Positions 40,397-49,796 of a DNA stretch of 64,000 nt are shown here, piece by piece (positions within the stretch are counted from its first letter, which is position 1; each line of letters begins with the position of its first letter). A program made the translations under genes and the position numbers. Under the pieces are notes generated by a model. That model ran no database searches and was not told the origin of the DNA. It saw nothing but the letters and a program-made list of their open reading frames with translations. The stretch spans positions 64,001 to 128,000 of the forward strand of contig JBGSMD010000016.1 in the NCBI GenBank assembly GCA_041740355.1. Reading direction: 5' to 3'. Origin of the DNA: Bdellovibrionota bacterium (GTDB taxonomy: Bacteria; Bdellovibrionota_C; UBA2361; CALJRW01).

Positions 40397-41299
40397 ATGA
40401 AATATCAAATTAAAGTAAATGACCAACAAATAAAACTAATTACCTGTCCTGAAGAGCAAACTACCAGCAGGAATACGCTCTTTCTTGCTGGTGGCATTTC
40501 GAACTGCCCTGATTGGCAAAGTGATCTAATTAAACTAATTGATAAATTGCCAATAACAACCCTGAATCCTCGAAGATTAAGCTTTGACACTAGCAATCCT
40601 TCCGCAACAGATTTTCAAATAGCTTGGGAACATCGCCATTTGCACATAGCGGAGACAATTTCATTTTGGTTTCCCAAAGAAACAGAATGCCCGATTACCT
40701 TATTTGAATTAGGTTACTGGTTACTTTCCTCCAAGCCACTGATTATCGGAGCCGATCCAGATTATATCCGTATCCAGGAAATATTTGCCTACTTAGCGAT
40801 TCATCGTCCCGAGTTACGGATTGATACAACCCTAAAAGATCTCGCTCTAAAAATTACCAGTGTTGGAAAATCTAATTTTAATGTTACAAATTTCCCAATC
40901 AAAAACGAAGAAATATATTTGGCTGGAGGCATCAGTGATTGCCCTAATTGGCAAATAGATCTTAACAAGGAGTTAACGGAACGAAATATCTTAGTTTTTA
41001 ATCCGCGCACCGATAACTTTATGGGTAAAGGTGGGCTAAATTATCGAAAAATTTTGCAAGCAAATCACCAACGATTCCTTGATTCTAAAGCAATTGTCTT
41101 TTGGTTTCCTAAGTCAACATTAAATTCAATGGCGCTTTTTGAGCTGGGGATTGCCTGCCAACTTAATAAACCTATTTTTATTGGTGTAGAGCCTGGATAT
41201 CAAAGAGAACAAGATATTCATGTCCAAGTTGGCCTTGCTAGACCAGAAGTAAATGTTGTCAATTCCCTTGAACAGTTAGTTGAACAATTATGCTTATAG
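40397..41299 (+). CDS. Tandem nucleoside 2-deoxyribosyltransferase-like domain protein
   Basis: Two copies of (F/Y)LAGGISxCPxWQ..NPR..FWFPKxT....LFELG. Confidence 0.82.
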   Translation: MKYQIKVNDQQIKLITCPEEQTTSRNTLFLAGGISNCPDWQSDLIKLIDKLPITTLNPRRLSFDTSNPSATDFQIAWEHRHLHIAETISFWFPKETECPITLFELGYWLLSSKPLIIGADPDYIRIQEIFAYLAIHRPELRIDTTLKDLALKITSVGKSNFNVTNFPIKNEEIYLAGGISDCPNWQIDLNKELTERNILVFNPRTDNFMGKGGLNYRKILQANHQRFLDSKAIVFWFPKSTLNSMALFELGIACQLNKPIFIGVEPGYQREQDIHVQVGLARPEVNVVNSLEQLVEQLCL

Positions 41300-41363
41300 A
41301 ACAAATTTTTAGTTTATTAATTACCACTAAAACTTAAGCTAAAAATATACTTTCTGAATTTAT

Positions 41364-41429
41364 TATAGTAAACTTGAATGTGAATTTTTTAAAAAAATTT
41401 TTTTAAAAATTCCTGTTGAAATAACTATA
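41364..41429. repeat. TATAG-family short variant with A/T palindromic core
   Basis: TATAGTAAAC (as at 54464) ... GAATTTTTTAAAAAAATTTTTTTAAAAATTC ... AATAACTATA (as at 56445 and 10664). Confidence 0.55.
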
Positions 41430-41580
41430 GTTAAATGCTGCAAATACAATTCTCTAGAATAGTTTTTGTAATGAGAATTCTTTTTTCAGACAAGCTTTAT
41501 GGTTTTGAGGATCGACATAATTGTGACAACTTTGCTTTTGCCCATACCATAGTTAAAAATTCTACTTCTGATCTCAACAA

Positions 41581-42858
41581 ATGCTTAATCAAAAACATCT
41601 GATCATCGTCCTAGGGATGCATCGAAGTGGAACGAGTGCTATCACTCGAGGATTAGAAACTTTAGGTGTAAGTCTAGGCAATCAACTAGTTACTGGAAAA
41701 GCAGGTGAGAATGATAAAGGGTTTTTTGAAGATCGAGAATTTCTAGACTTAAATCAAACTTTACTAGCTGACCTCGGCACAAGTTGGGATGCTTTGGGGA
41801 ATTTTCCAATAAGCACTGGTTCCAGCTTAAAGATTCAAAAATATCAATTCTCATTTTCACAACTAATTAAGAATCGCTTTCAGGAAACTGATTATTATGG
41901 GTTAAAGGATCCTAGGTTTTGTAAACTATTGCCCTTGATTGAACCTGTACTACTTGATTTGGGGATTAATGTCCGGTTGATTATAGCCTCTCGTAATCCG
42001 CTAAGTGTTGCTAATTCAATCCTTAAACGTAATCAAATTCCATTAGTGAAAGGTTTGTATCTTTGGTTTGAACATACAATCCTCAGTCTTCAGTATTCTA
42101 AAAATTATCCAAGACTTGTAGTCGATTATGATCGAATATTGAAGAATACAACAAATGAAATAAAAAGAGTTGCTGATTTTTTAGAAATTAATCACCAAGT
42201 TTTGGCAGAAGATTTATACAGTTATCAAAGTATATTTCTAGATTCAAAACTACGACATTCAGAATATACTCTGGCAGATTTGGTAGATAATCAAACAATT
42301 CCAAAAATCGTTGTGGAACTCTATCAAATCCTAATTACTCTCTCCGAGGACCCAATTTTTTCTACATCAGCCGATACTATATCTAAGATCAATCAATTAA
42401 ATAATATTTATCAAGATTTTTTACCAGTCTTTAAATCTCACGATTATCTTGAACAGATTAATTCAGATTTGCAAACAATTTCCCTAAAACAAACTGATTC
42501 TATAATTATTAATAATTCCAACTTTAAGAATGAAATTAATTCCTTAAATAATGAAAATATTTCTTTAACGGCCACTATAAATTCCTTAAATAATGAAATT
42601 AATTCTTTATCGGATCAAATTAATTTATTAACAACTGAAAATAAGAATCTAAATATTGAAGTGCAGAATTTAAATCAGCTCTATATTCAAGAGAGACAAA
42701 AAGTTGAGGCGAGAGACACGTTTATTGCCCAACAATATAATCAATTAGAAGTGTCGCAATTAAATTTAAAAAGTGTTCTCCAAAGTCGCTCATGGAAGAT
42801 CACTAAGCCACTGCGTGTTATAAAAGAGAATTATCGCAAATCTAAAATTGATAAATAA
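41581..42858 (+). CDS. Sulfotransferase-family protein with C-terminal coiled coil
   Basis: LGMHRSGTS (5'-PSB), GFFED, LKDPR, RNPLSVANS, heptad repeats, SRSWKITKPLR tail typical of polysaccharide-cluster proteins. Confidence 0.85.
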   Translation: MLNQKHLIIVLGMHRSGTSAITRGLETLGVSLGNQLVTGKAGENDKGFFEDREFLDLNQTLLADLGTSWDALGNFPISTGSSLKIQKYQFSFSQLIKNRFQETDYYGLKDPRFCKLLPLIEPVLLDLGINVRLIIASRNPLSVANSILKRNQIPLVKGLYLWFEHTILSLQYSKNYPRLVVDYDRILKNTTNEIKRVADFLEINHQVLAEDLYSYQSIFLDSKLRHSEYTLADLVDNQTIPKIVVELYQILITLSEDPIFSTSADTISKINQLNNIYQDFLPVFKSHDYLEQINSDLQTISLKQTDSIIINNSNFKNEINSLNNENISLTATINSLNNEINSLSDQINLLTTENKNLNIEVQNLNQLYIQERQKVEARDTFIAQQYNQLEVSQLNLKSVLQSRSWKITKPLRVIKENYRKSKIDK

Positions 42859-42900
42859 CAATAAACGTAAACTATTTTTCAGGGAAAAACTTCTATATAT

Positions 42901-43764
42901 TTAGAAAAGACGATTTAACTGTTTTAACATGCTCATCATCCCAGCTGGTCCTTCAATGCTTATAGCATAGTCTGCTAGTGCTACCAGCTCTGGGCAAGTT
43001 TTAGCAGCAGCAATGACAATTCCTCCATTTGCTTTAATCACTTCCGCGGCTGGAACATCGTTTCGACCATCACCAAAATATGCACAACTTGCCAAATCTA
43101 GTCGACCATCCCGCTGAAGTTTTTCTAGACCCCACCCCTTAGACATTCCCGGAATAGTTATTCGCAATGTTCCATCACCAATCTCCGTCGCAACTAACTG
43201 CTGATCTAATCCCAGCGCTAAAATTTTTGCTTCACACCATTTTTGGATTTTAATAAAGTCCGAGTTACCAACAGTGCCTTTTTCCCACAAGGTCAAACTA
43301 GTTAAGAAATCATTAAATGGAGGAAGCTTAACTAAGGGACTGGAAATATTTGCTAAGGTTTGCCATCCCTCGGAATCACTGTGGGCTGGTGCTAAGGCTT
43401 GTATTACTTCTGATTTAAGTTGTCCAACAGCTTCAACCAATTTTAAATCAATTAATGAATTTACTTTGAGCAGTTCTCTTCGATTTTGACCGCCCTTTAC
43501 TAAGGTGGAGCCATCTTCCAATAATATATCACCATTAAAAACATCACCTAGTTTTAGCCCATCAGGAAGTGCTGCTTCTAATTCGGAAAGACTTCTGGCC
43601 GTGGCAACACCAATCGACATGGGAAGTTTGGCTAATTCCTGACAACTCTCCATTGGAATCCCACTATGTACATCTGCTAAGGTACGATCAATATCAAAGA
43701 TTAAATGTTTACAATCGAGAATCTGTTTAAATGCCTGTTGGGGTATAATTTCAGTTTGAAACAT
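42901..43764 (-). CDS. HAD-superfamily hydrolase (Cof-like)
   Basis: FDIDRTL (motif I), ATARS, SKG, FGDGRND (motif IV). Confidence 0.85.
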   Translation of the reverse strand: MFQTEIIPQQAFKQILDCKHLIFDIDRTLADVHSGIPMESCQELAKLPMSIGVATARSLSELEAALPDGLKLGDVFNGDILLEDGSTLVKGGQNRRELLKVNSLIDLKLVEAVGQLKSEVIQALAPAHSDSEGWQTLANISSPLVKLPPFNDFLTSLTLWEKGTVGNSDFIKIQKWCEAKILALGLDQQLVATEIGDGTLRITIPGMSKGWGLEKLQRDGRLDLASCAYFGDGRNDVPAAEVIKANGGIVIAAAKTCPELVALADYAISIEGPAGMMSMLKQLNRLF

Positions 43765-43809
43765 AGAGAACAAAAATCAGAAGCTATAAAATTTAATAAC
43801 TTTGTAAAG

Positions 43810-44652
43810 TTATGACTGAAAATCTTTAGATGTGATTTCTAAATTTGTGGCGCCGATCCGTCCAATAATTGAAGCAGCTTGTTTTGCACCCAAAGCAAGC
43901 GCCCGACCATGATCTTGAGGGGATTTCAACCAACTAGCGATAAATCCCGACTGAAAAGCATCACCACATCCCGTAGTATCAACAACTGCTGGAACTGAAA
44001 TCGCTGGTTGATGGAGACAGACACCATGATAAAAGCTATCAGCACCATCCTTCCCTTGCGTTAACACAAAGGTTTTCTCTGGATACTGTAATGCTAAGCT
44101 TTGAATAACAGGCTTAAGGGCCAAATCTCCCCCAATGAAAATAAGATCAAAATAATTTGAATAACGTTTTAAGATCGAAATTAAATCTTCACTTAAATTG
44201 GCATCAATCGAAAAATCCGCAGCTTTTTTCCCTGAATATTCAAGCTTTGCAATATGTTCAAAAATATTTTCAATTCCATCTGATAGTGGAACATGGATCA
44301 AGTCATATTGCTCAAAAACTAGCGGCAAATTCTTAATATTCTTAGCGAAGTCTGCTAAGACTCCAACCGTATATCCGTCAAACTGCCTTTCCCCACTTGC
44401 TGTTAATATGATTCTTTGGATTGTAGTTTGGCCTGATAAACGAGTCATCGAGTGGGCAAATGGTGTTGAAGCAAGTAACTTTAGGCACTGATCTCCTAGC
44501 AGATCATTCCCTAAGGTCGAATAAAGATCTGTGGAAATCTCTAATGAACTTAAATTACTGGCAACATTTAAACTGATTCCGCCTAGAAAATAACGCTCTT
44601 GATTTACATAATAATCAATTGAAAAATCTCCGATGCAAGCAACTTTAGACAT
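43810..44652 (-). CDS. PfkB family carbohydrate kinase (fructoselysine kinase-like)
   Basis: IGDFSIDYY..LGGISLNVA, LGNDLLG, TQGKDGA, VDTTGCGDAF. Confidence 0.9.
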   Translation of the reverse strand: MSKVACIGDFSIDYYVNQERYFLGGISLNVASNLSSLEISTDLYSTLGNDLLGDQCLKLLASTPFAHSMTRLSGQTTIQRIILTASGERQFDGYTVGVLADFAKNIKNLPLVFEQYDLIHVPLSDGIENIFEHIAKLEYSGKKAADFSIDANLSEDLISILKRYSNYFDLIFIGGDLALKPVIQSLALQYPEKTFVLTQGKDGADSFYHGVCLHQPAISVPAVVDTTGCGDAFQSGFIASWLKSPQDHGRALALGAKQAASIIGRIGATNLEITSKDFQS

Positions 44653-44670
44653 GAATTAGCTAAAACTAAA

Positions 44671-45459
44671 TTAGATTTTACCGGTTAACTGACGTACTTT
44701 TTTCGTTAAAGCTTGGGCCTTTGCCAGATCGAACAAATCTCCAGTCATAATGGAAGTAGCAACTACTGCACCTTGGCAATACTTAATAGTTTCTTCAATA
44801 TTATCAATAGCAAAACCACTACCAACAAAAAGTGGTGCTCCGGCACTTACTTCTTGCAATATTTCAGAATCTTCTAGTGTTGGAGCAGTCCCGGTCTGGT
44901 GGCTGGTAACTATTAAGGAATTAGCACCATTTATAATTGCTAATTTTCCAGACTCGGAAAGCGTTCGACCAGAAAGATTTTTACCGTGTTTAACATGAAC
45001 GTCAGTAAAAAGCAGGGGAAAATGCTCTGGATTATCGGCTCTAAGTTTAGTAACTTCCGTTACACATTCAGGAACAATGCCCCAGCGAGTCTCAGTTGGA
45101 TCAGTAAAAACATCTAAACGAACAAAATCTGCTTTTGCTTCAATCCCAACTTTTACTGTTCCGACCATATCATAAAGAATCTCTAAGCCGAGTGGAATTT
45201 TAGTTGTCGTCTTGAGTGCCCTAATCAACTTGGAAAAATTTCCTAAATATTCCGATGAGACTATTAATGGGTGCGGACGATCTCCCTCGTTCTCCACTAG
45301 AATTCCATCAAAGCCTGCCTGCTCTAAAGTCTTTATTTCTTTGGTAGCAAAATCTATAATTTCAGTTAATCCAGGAGATCCTTCGAAGCCAGGCATTGGC
45401 GGGAGATGGAGTACCCCAATTAAATTAAAATTACTGGTAAATAATTGTTTGAATTTCAT
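44671..45459 (-). CDS. BtpA/SgcQ family TIM-barrel protein
   Basis: IGVLHLPPMPG, GFDGILVENEGDRP, DVHVKH, FVGSG. Confidence 0.9.
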   Translation of the reverse strand: MKFKQLFTSNFNLIGVLHLPPMPGFEGSPGLTEIIDFATKEIKTLEQAGFDGILVENEGDRPHPLIVSSEYLGNFSKLIRALKTTTKIPLGLEILYDMVGTVKVGIEAKADFVRLDVFTDPTETRWGIVPECVTEVTKLRADNPEHFPLLFTDVHVKHGKNLSGRTLSESGKLAIINGANSLIVTSHQTGTAPTLEDSEILQEVSAGAPLFVGSGFAIDNIEETIKYCQGAVVATSIMTGDLFDLAKAQALTKKVRQLTGKI

Positions 45460-45471
45460 TGATTGGCCCTA

Positions 45472-46692
45472 CTAATCTGTTAGCGGTGGAATCTTACCCC
45501 AAGGCCAGTTTTCAATAAAGCCTCTTCCTTTGGACCAAGTTGGAGTATTTTTTGGAAATACTCCATTAAAAACAGATTTAGCCTGCTCGTGTTTTAAGAC
45601 CATACGAGCTAATGATAGTCCGGCGTTTTCAAAACCATCTGGATTACTTAAGAATTCCTGAGCAGCTTCTTGGGCACCAAGATTTAAAGCCCTTCCCCAA
45701 CTTGCTAAAAATGGAGATCGAACTTCGTGGTAGACTGGAAGAATTAAATTTGAGTCGGCTTCTTTTACATATTTTTCCGATCGAGAAACAGCCCTAGGCA
45801 AACACTCAAAAGTATCATTGAGAGCTTCCAGATCTTGCCGCTCAAGTGACAAACTATGTTTTACATTAACAGCATTCATAAATCCTGAGATATAAGGATT
45901 TTGCGAAAAAATAAAATGTACTCCTTGTAAATTTATATTTTCTTTACCTTGAGCAATCTCGGCTTGAATACCATTAATCATACTACCCCAACAACCGGTA
46001 TCAATAATTACCAGTCCATTAGTATTATGAAAATTTTCTTGTCGCAAATAACCCCGGAACAACTTCTCTTGCTCTACAGATCGGGCAATAGCTTCGCTAG
46101 CCATCTCATCATGAATACTAAGATGTGTTCTATTAAATGTAACATAACGTAAATCAAGTTTGCGTTCAGCAATCTCCGGTTGCGTTTCTAATAATAATCC
46201 TACTTGATAATACATTTCCGCATCTCTTGCTAAAAATGCGACAGTGGATCCGACAGGTGCAGACTGAAGTACTTGATTCACAAAGTTTACAACTAGCGGT
46301 GCTAGAAAATCTCTAGAAAATTCCTGATAAAATTTTACTCCTTGGACACGAATAACCTCAGTCAGAGTCTCATGACTCAAATTCTCACCGAGTAGTTGTC
46401 CATAATCCGCCAAATTCAAATTCTTCATTACTAAACTTATTAGGCTTCTTGAATACTCCTCCGCGTAATCGCGCATATCTGGGGCTATTAATATTTGATG
46501 CTGGGCATGTGCTGAGGCTAAGGCATCTAAAAAAATTAGATTTTCAGGGGATAGCTTTAAAGGGATATCACTAAAAGCCGGTGTGGCGGCAGGATTAAAA
46601 AAAATCCGATGATCATTAAGAGCAAGGGAATTACCCTCAACTGGGACCAGTGGAGAATTAGCATGTGGAGCAGTATTTGGCACTTCGATCAC
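45472..46692 (-). CDS. Hypothetical protein with FLARD and hhhDTGxxGS motifs (PRTase-like fold inferred)
   Basis: 406-aa ORF, GTG start; VAFLARDAEMYY, YLRQE, LVIIDTGCWGSM; first gene of a tight four-gene run. Confidence 0.7.
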   Translation of the reverse strand: MIEVPNTAPHANSPLVPVEGNSLALNDHRIFFNPAATPAFSDIPLKLSPENLIFLDALASAHAQHQILIAPDMRDYAEEYSRSLISLVMKNLNLADYGQLLGENLSHETLTEVIRVQGVKFYQEFSRDFLAPLVVNFVNQVLQSAPVGSTVAFLARDAEMYYQVGLLLETQPEIAERKLDLRYVTFNRTHLSIHDEMASEAIARSVEQEKLFRGYLRQENFHNTNGLVIIDTGCWGSMINGIQAEIAQGKENINLQGVHFIFSQNPYISGFMNAVNVKHSLSLERQDLEALNDTFECLPRAVSRSEKYVKEADSNLILPVYHEVRSPFLASWGRALNLGAQEAAQEFLSNPDGFENAGLSLARMVLKHEQAKSVFNGVFPKNTPTWSKGRGFIENWPWGKIPPLTD

Positions 46693-46847
46693 TTAAAAAA
46701 ACTACATTTAGGAGTTAAACACCATTTAAACTTCTAAGCAAATTCACCAAATGATATGAATCAAATAATTTCAGTGTTGCATAATAACTAATTATACTAG
46801 TAGAAATTGAAAACTACCGTTTTCAGTATATTAAGTGCGGAGCACTT

Positions 46848-46869
46848 GTAGCGACCCTAGGGGGTCGCT
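46848..46869 (+). repeat. GTAG-type REP-like hairpin
   Basis: GTAG followed by CGACCC-tagg-GGGTCG; GC-rich in an AT-rich intergenic region. Confidence 0.45.
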
Positions 46870-47119
46870 GAGGTTAAAATGCTTATTGCCTAAGTTTTAA
46901 CAGGGGGGAAAAAATATACTAAAACCCGATATACGAAAATAACAAGCTGCTTTTTGCAGAGCCATCAGGTCAAAACCTAATAGTTTTTAGTATATCCACA
47001 CCCTTCATAAAACAAAATATAGAGGCGCAAGGTTATATCTTTATAAGTTAAGATTTCAGCAAAATCCAGCATTCTAAATTCATATCCGCTTAGAGTACTG
47101 GTTAACTAGGTGACTGATA

Positions 47120-47266
47120 TATAGTGATGACAAAAAATAAATTACGTAAAAATCAAATAGATTGAGTTGTTTTTTGTCATAACTATATAATTTTATTATC
47201 TCTCCGGGGGATAGAAAGCCCCAAAAAGTAATTTCCTTACGTAAATTACTTTTTGGACTTTCTATA
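47120..47266 (-). mobile_element. TATAG-family MITE-like element, full length (147 bp), reverse orientation
   Basis: Reverse complement aligns end to end with 9551-9698. Confidence 0.88.
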
Positions 47267-47323
47267 TAAAACCAATGGCTTAGGAATCATATTAATGTTT
47301 TAAGACCAATCAAATAACAACAA

Positions 47324-48568
47324 TTATAAAATCATTCCGCCCGCAACAGTATTACTTGTTTCATAATCAATTAGAATAAAACTTCCGGTGTTTTTATGGT
47401 CTTGATAGCGATCATAGACGATTGGATAATTACTACGAATTATAACTTCAGCAATATCGTTTAACTGTAAGTGAGTTCGAAGTTGATCCTTATTCAGAGT
47501 TTCTGGATCTATAACATAATTAATCTGCTCAACAATTGCTGGAACTTGTTTTACACCTAATTGTAAAATAAACTCTTCCCCTAAAGCTAATTGCCTGTTG
47601 CCCATCCAGCATAAATTTGCAGTAAAGGAAAGACTAACTTTTGGTAAGCCCTTGGAGTTAGTCAAAAGATCTCCCCGTTCAATCTGGATATTGGAATCAA
47701 GCAGGATTTTTGCAGAGTATGGCGCGGTAACAACATCCGCTAAGCCATTCAAATCATTTAGTTGGCGGATATTACTTTTCTCAGATGTTCGAACATTAAT
47801 AACTCGTTCTTTCTTTTTAAGTTCTCCGTTTAAGATTAAAGCTTGAACTAATGGTAAATTAATTCCCTGGGCAATCTGTTCGACATACTGCACACTAACT
47901 CGCAATTCTTGAAAATCAACATTTTTCTTGATTTGCAATGTGTTCAAAGTATCTAATAAATTTTTCCCCTGATACCATTTAGTTTTATTAGAGTTAATTA
48001 CAACATTATCGCCATGTAAAGCACTGACAGGAATGAAGCGGACCTCCCTAATATTAAGTTTATCAGCCCAGGTTAAAAAGTCCTTTTGGATTTTTTTAAA
48101 TACACTTTCCGAATACTCAACGAGATCAATTTTATTGACACAGACAACTAATACCTCAACTCCCAATAGAGAAGCCACTAGCGAATGACGTTTGCTTTGT
48201 TCTGTGATCCCTTTTCGCGCATCAATTAGAATTAAACTGGCATCGGCAGTTGAAGTTCCGGTAACCATATTTCTAGTGTATTGAGAATGTCCTGGTGTAT
48301 CTGCAATTATAAACTTACGATTTCTAGTACTGAAGTATCTGTAGGCAACGTCAATCGTTATCCCTTGCTCTCTTTCAGCTTTTAACCCATCAGTAATTTG
48401 TGCTAGGTCAATTTGATCCCGACCTGCAGCCCGTGCTTTTTTTTCCAAGAGTGCAATTTGATCCAAAGGAAGATTTCCTGAATCATATAACATTCTTCCG
48501 ATAAGTGTGCTTTTACCATCATCAACTTGGCCTGCTGTACTAAATCTTAATAAATCTTTTTCTGACAT
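47324..48568 (-). CDS. cysN: Sulfate adenylyltransferase subunit 1 (no fused APS kinase)
   Basis: LLRFSTAGQVDDGKSTLIGR, DGLKAEREQGITIDVAYRYF, DTPGH, NKID, SALHGDN, GSFILID..NTVAGGMI. Confidence 0.93.
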   Translation of the reverse strand: MSEKDLLRFSTAGQVDDGKSTLIGRMLYDSGNLPLDQIALLEKKARAAGRDQIDLAQITDGLKAEREQGITIDVAYRYFSTRNRKFIIADTPGHSQYTRNMVTGTSTADASLILIDARKGITEQSKRHSLVASLLGVEVLVVCVNKIDLVEYSESVFKKIQKDFLTWADKLNIREVRFIPVSALHGDNVVINSNKTKWYQGKNLLDTLNTLQIKKNVDFQELRVSVQYVEQIAQGINLPLVQALILNGELKKKERVINVRTSEKSNIRQLNDLNGLADVVTAPYSAKILLDSNIQIERGDLLTNSKGLPKVSLSFTANLCWMGNRQLALGEEFILQLGVKQVPAIVEQINYVIDPETLNKDQLRTHLQLNDIAEVIIRSNYPIVYDRYQDHKNTGSFILIDYETSNTVAGGMIL

Positions 48569-48618
48569 GTTTTTTTATTGAATAAAATTATTTTTCCTTA
48601 AGTATGAAGTTTTCTGGA

Positions 48619-49560
48619 CTATGGCCAACCTTGTAATTTACGTTGTTCCATACCAGTATTCTGACTATGGTCATCTGCCCTAGTTGATCTTTCACTGTAT
48701 TTGGAAGATTGAACCTCAGCAATTACTTCGCTAATTGTTACCGCATTTGATTCAATAAAGCCTGTAGTTTCACGGTCTCCAACCGTTCGACTTCGCACTT
48801 TTTTGATTTCAACGTTTTCACCTGGCTTCAAAATAGTGTCATCAAAATAAGCTAGCAGTACTCCATCACGACGAAATACTTCACGTTCGTGTGAAAAGTA
48901 TAGCGATGGTAAAACCACTTTTTCTTGTTCGATATATTGCCAGACATCAAGTTCGGTCCAATCACTAATTGGAAAGATCCTTAAATGCTGTCCGGAACTG
49001 ATTCGAGTATTATAAAGATCCCATAATTCAGGTCGTTGGGCCTTGGGATTCCATTGATTAAATTCATCTCTAACAGAAAAAATTCGCTCTTTTGCCCGAG
49101 CTCCCTCCTCATCTCGTCTGGCACCGCCGATTAAACCGCGTAAGGAATTTTCTGCTACTGAAAAATTGATTAATTCGATCAAAGCAGAAATATTACCAAT
49201 TTGTTTTGGTCGTTTTTCTAAAATGCCAGATGTCTCAAATTCTGGGACAGATAAAACTTTTAGGTCAGCATTGATTGATCTTATAAATCGATCTCTAAAA
49301 TCCAAAACTTCTGGAAAATTATTACCGCTATCATAATGATAAAAAGTAAATGGCAATTTTAAATCAGTAAATGCATTTTCAAATGTTTTCTTGGCTAGAT
49401 GTGCAATACACACTGAATCTTTACCTCCCGAAAACATTATCCCAACAGGATTTAAGGTAGCGCGAACTTCCTGTAGGATCTTGCTAGATTGCTCTTCTAG
49501 TGAACGTAGATGACCTAAGTGATATGAATTTAATGACTTTGATGCAGACTGAGAATACAT
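48619..49560 (-). CDS. cysD: Sulfate adenylyltransferase subunit 2
   Basis: FSGGKDS, GGARRDEEGARAKERIFS, WNPKAQRPELW, RIFPISDWTELDVWQY; GGGAGG ribosome-binding site. Confidence 0.95.
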   Translation of the reverse strand: MYSQSASKSLNSYHLGHLRSLEEQSSKILQEVRATLNPVGIMFSGGKDSVCIAHLAKKTFENAFTDLKLPFTFYHYDSGNNFPEVLDFRDRFIRSINADLKVLSVPEFETSGILEKRPKQIGNISALIELINFSVAENSLRGLIGGARRDEEGARAKERIFSVRDEFNQWNPKAQRPELWDLYNTRISSGQHLRIFPISDWTELDVWQYIEQEKVVLPSLYFSHEREVFRRDGVLLAYFDDTILKPGENVEIKKVRSRTVGDRETTGFIESNAVTISEVIAEVQSSKYSERSTRADDHSQNTGMEQRKLQGWP

Positions 49561-49796
49561 GAATTCCCTCCCAAATTAATATTTGAATAAAAGGATCTTT
49601 GTAAAAAGATCTTATGATTTAACTAATTGTGTAGATTTATATAAGTATGCCTAACGGCACTGACAACATTTGCTTTGGTAGCAAAGAGAGAAGAGAATAT
49701 TTAAGTAATGAATTTTAATCACATACCATGTATCGCATATCGTAAAATATTATTCAATATATTTTTTTGGAAATAATATTTTAGTATCAATGACAA

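Noticed and set aside
49561-49796. Possible SAM or other sulfur riboswitch upstream of cysD
   Set aside because: Only two small hairpins (TTGCT/AGCAA, TGCC/GGCA); no SAM-I/II core motifs recognisable.
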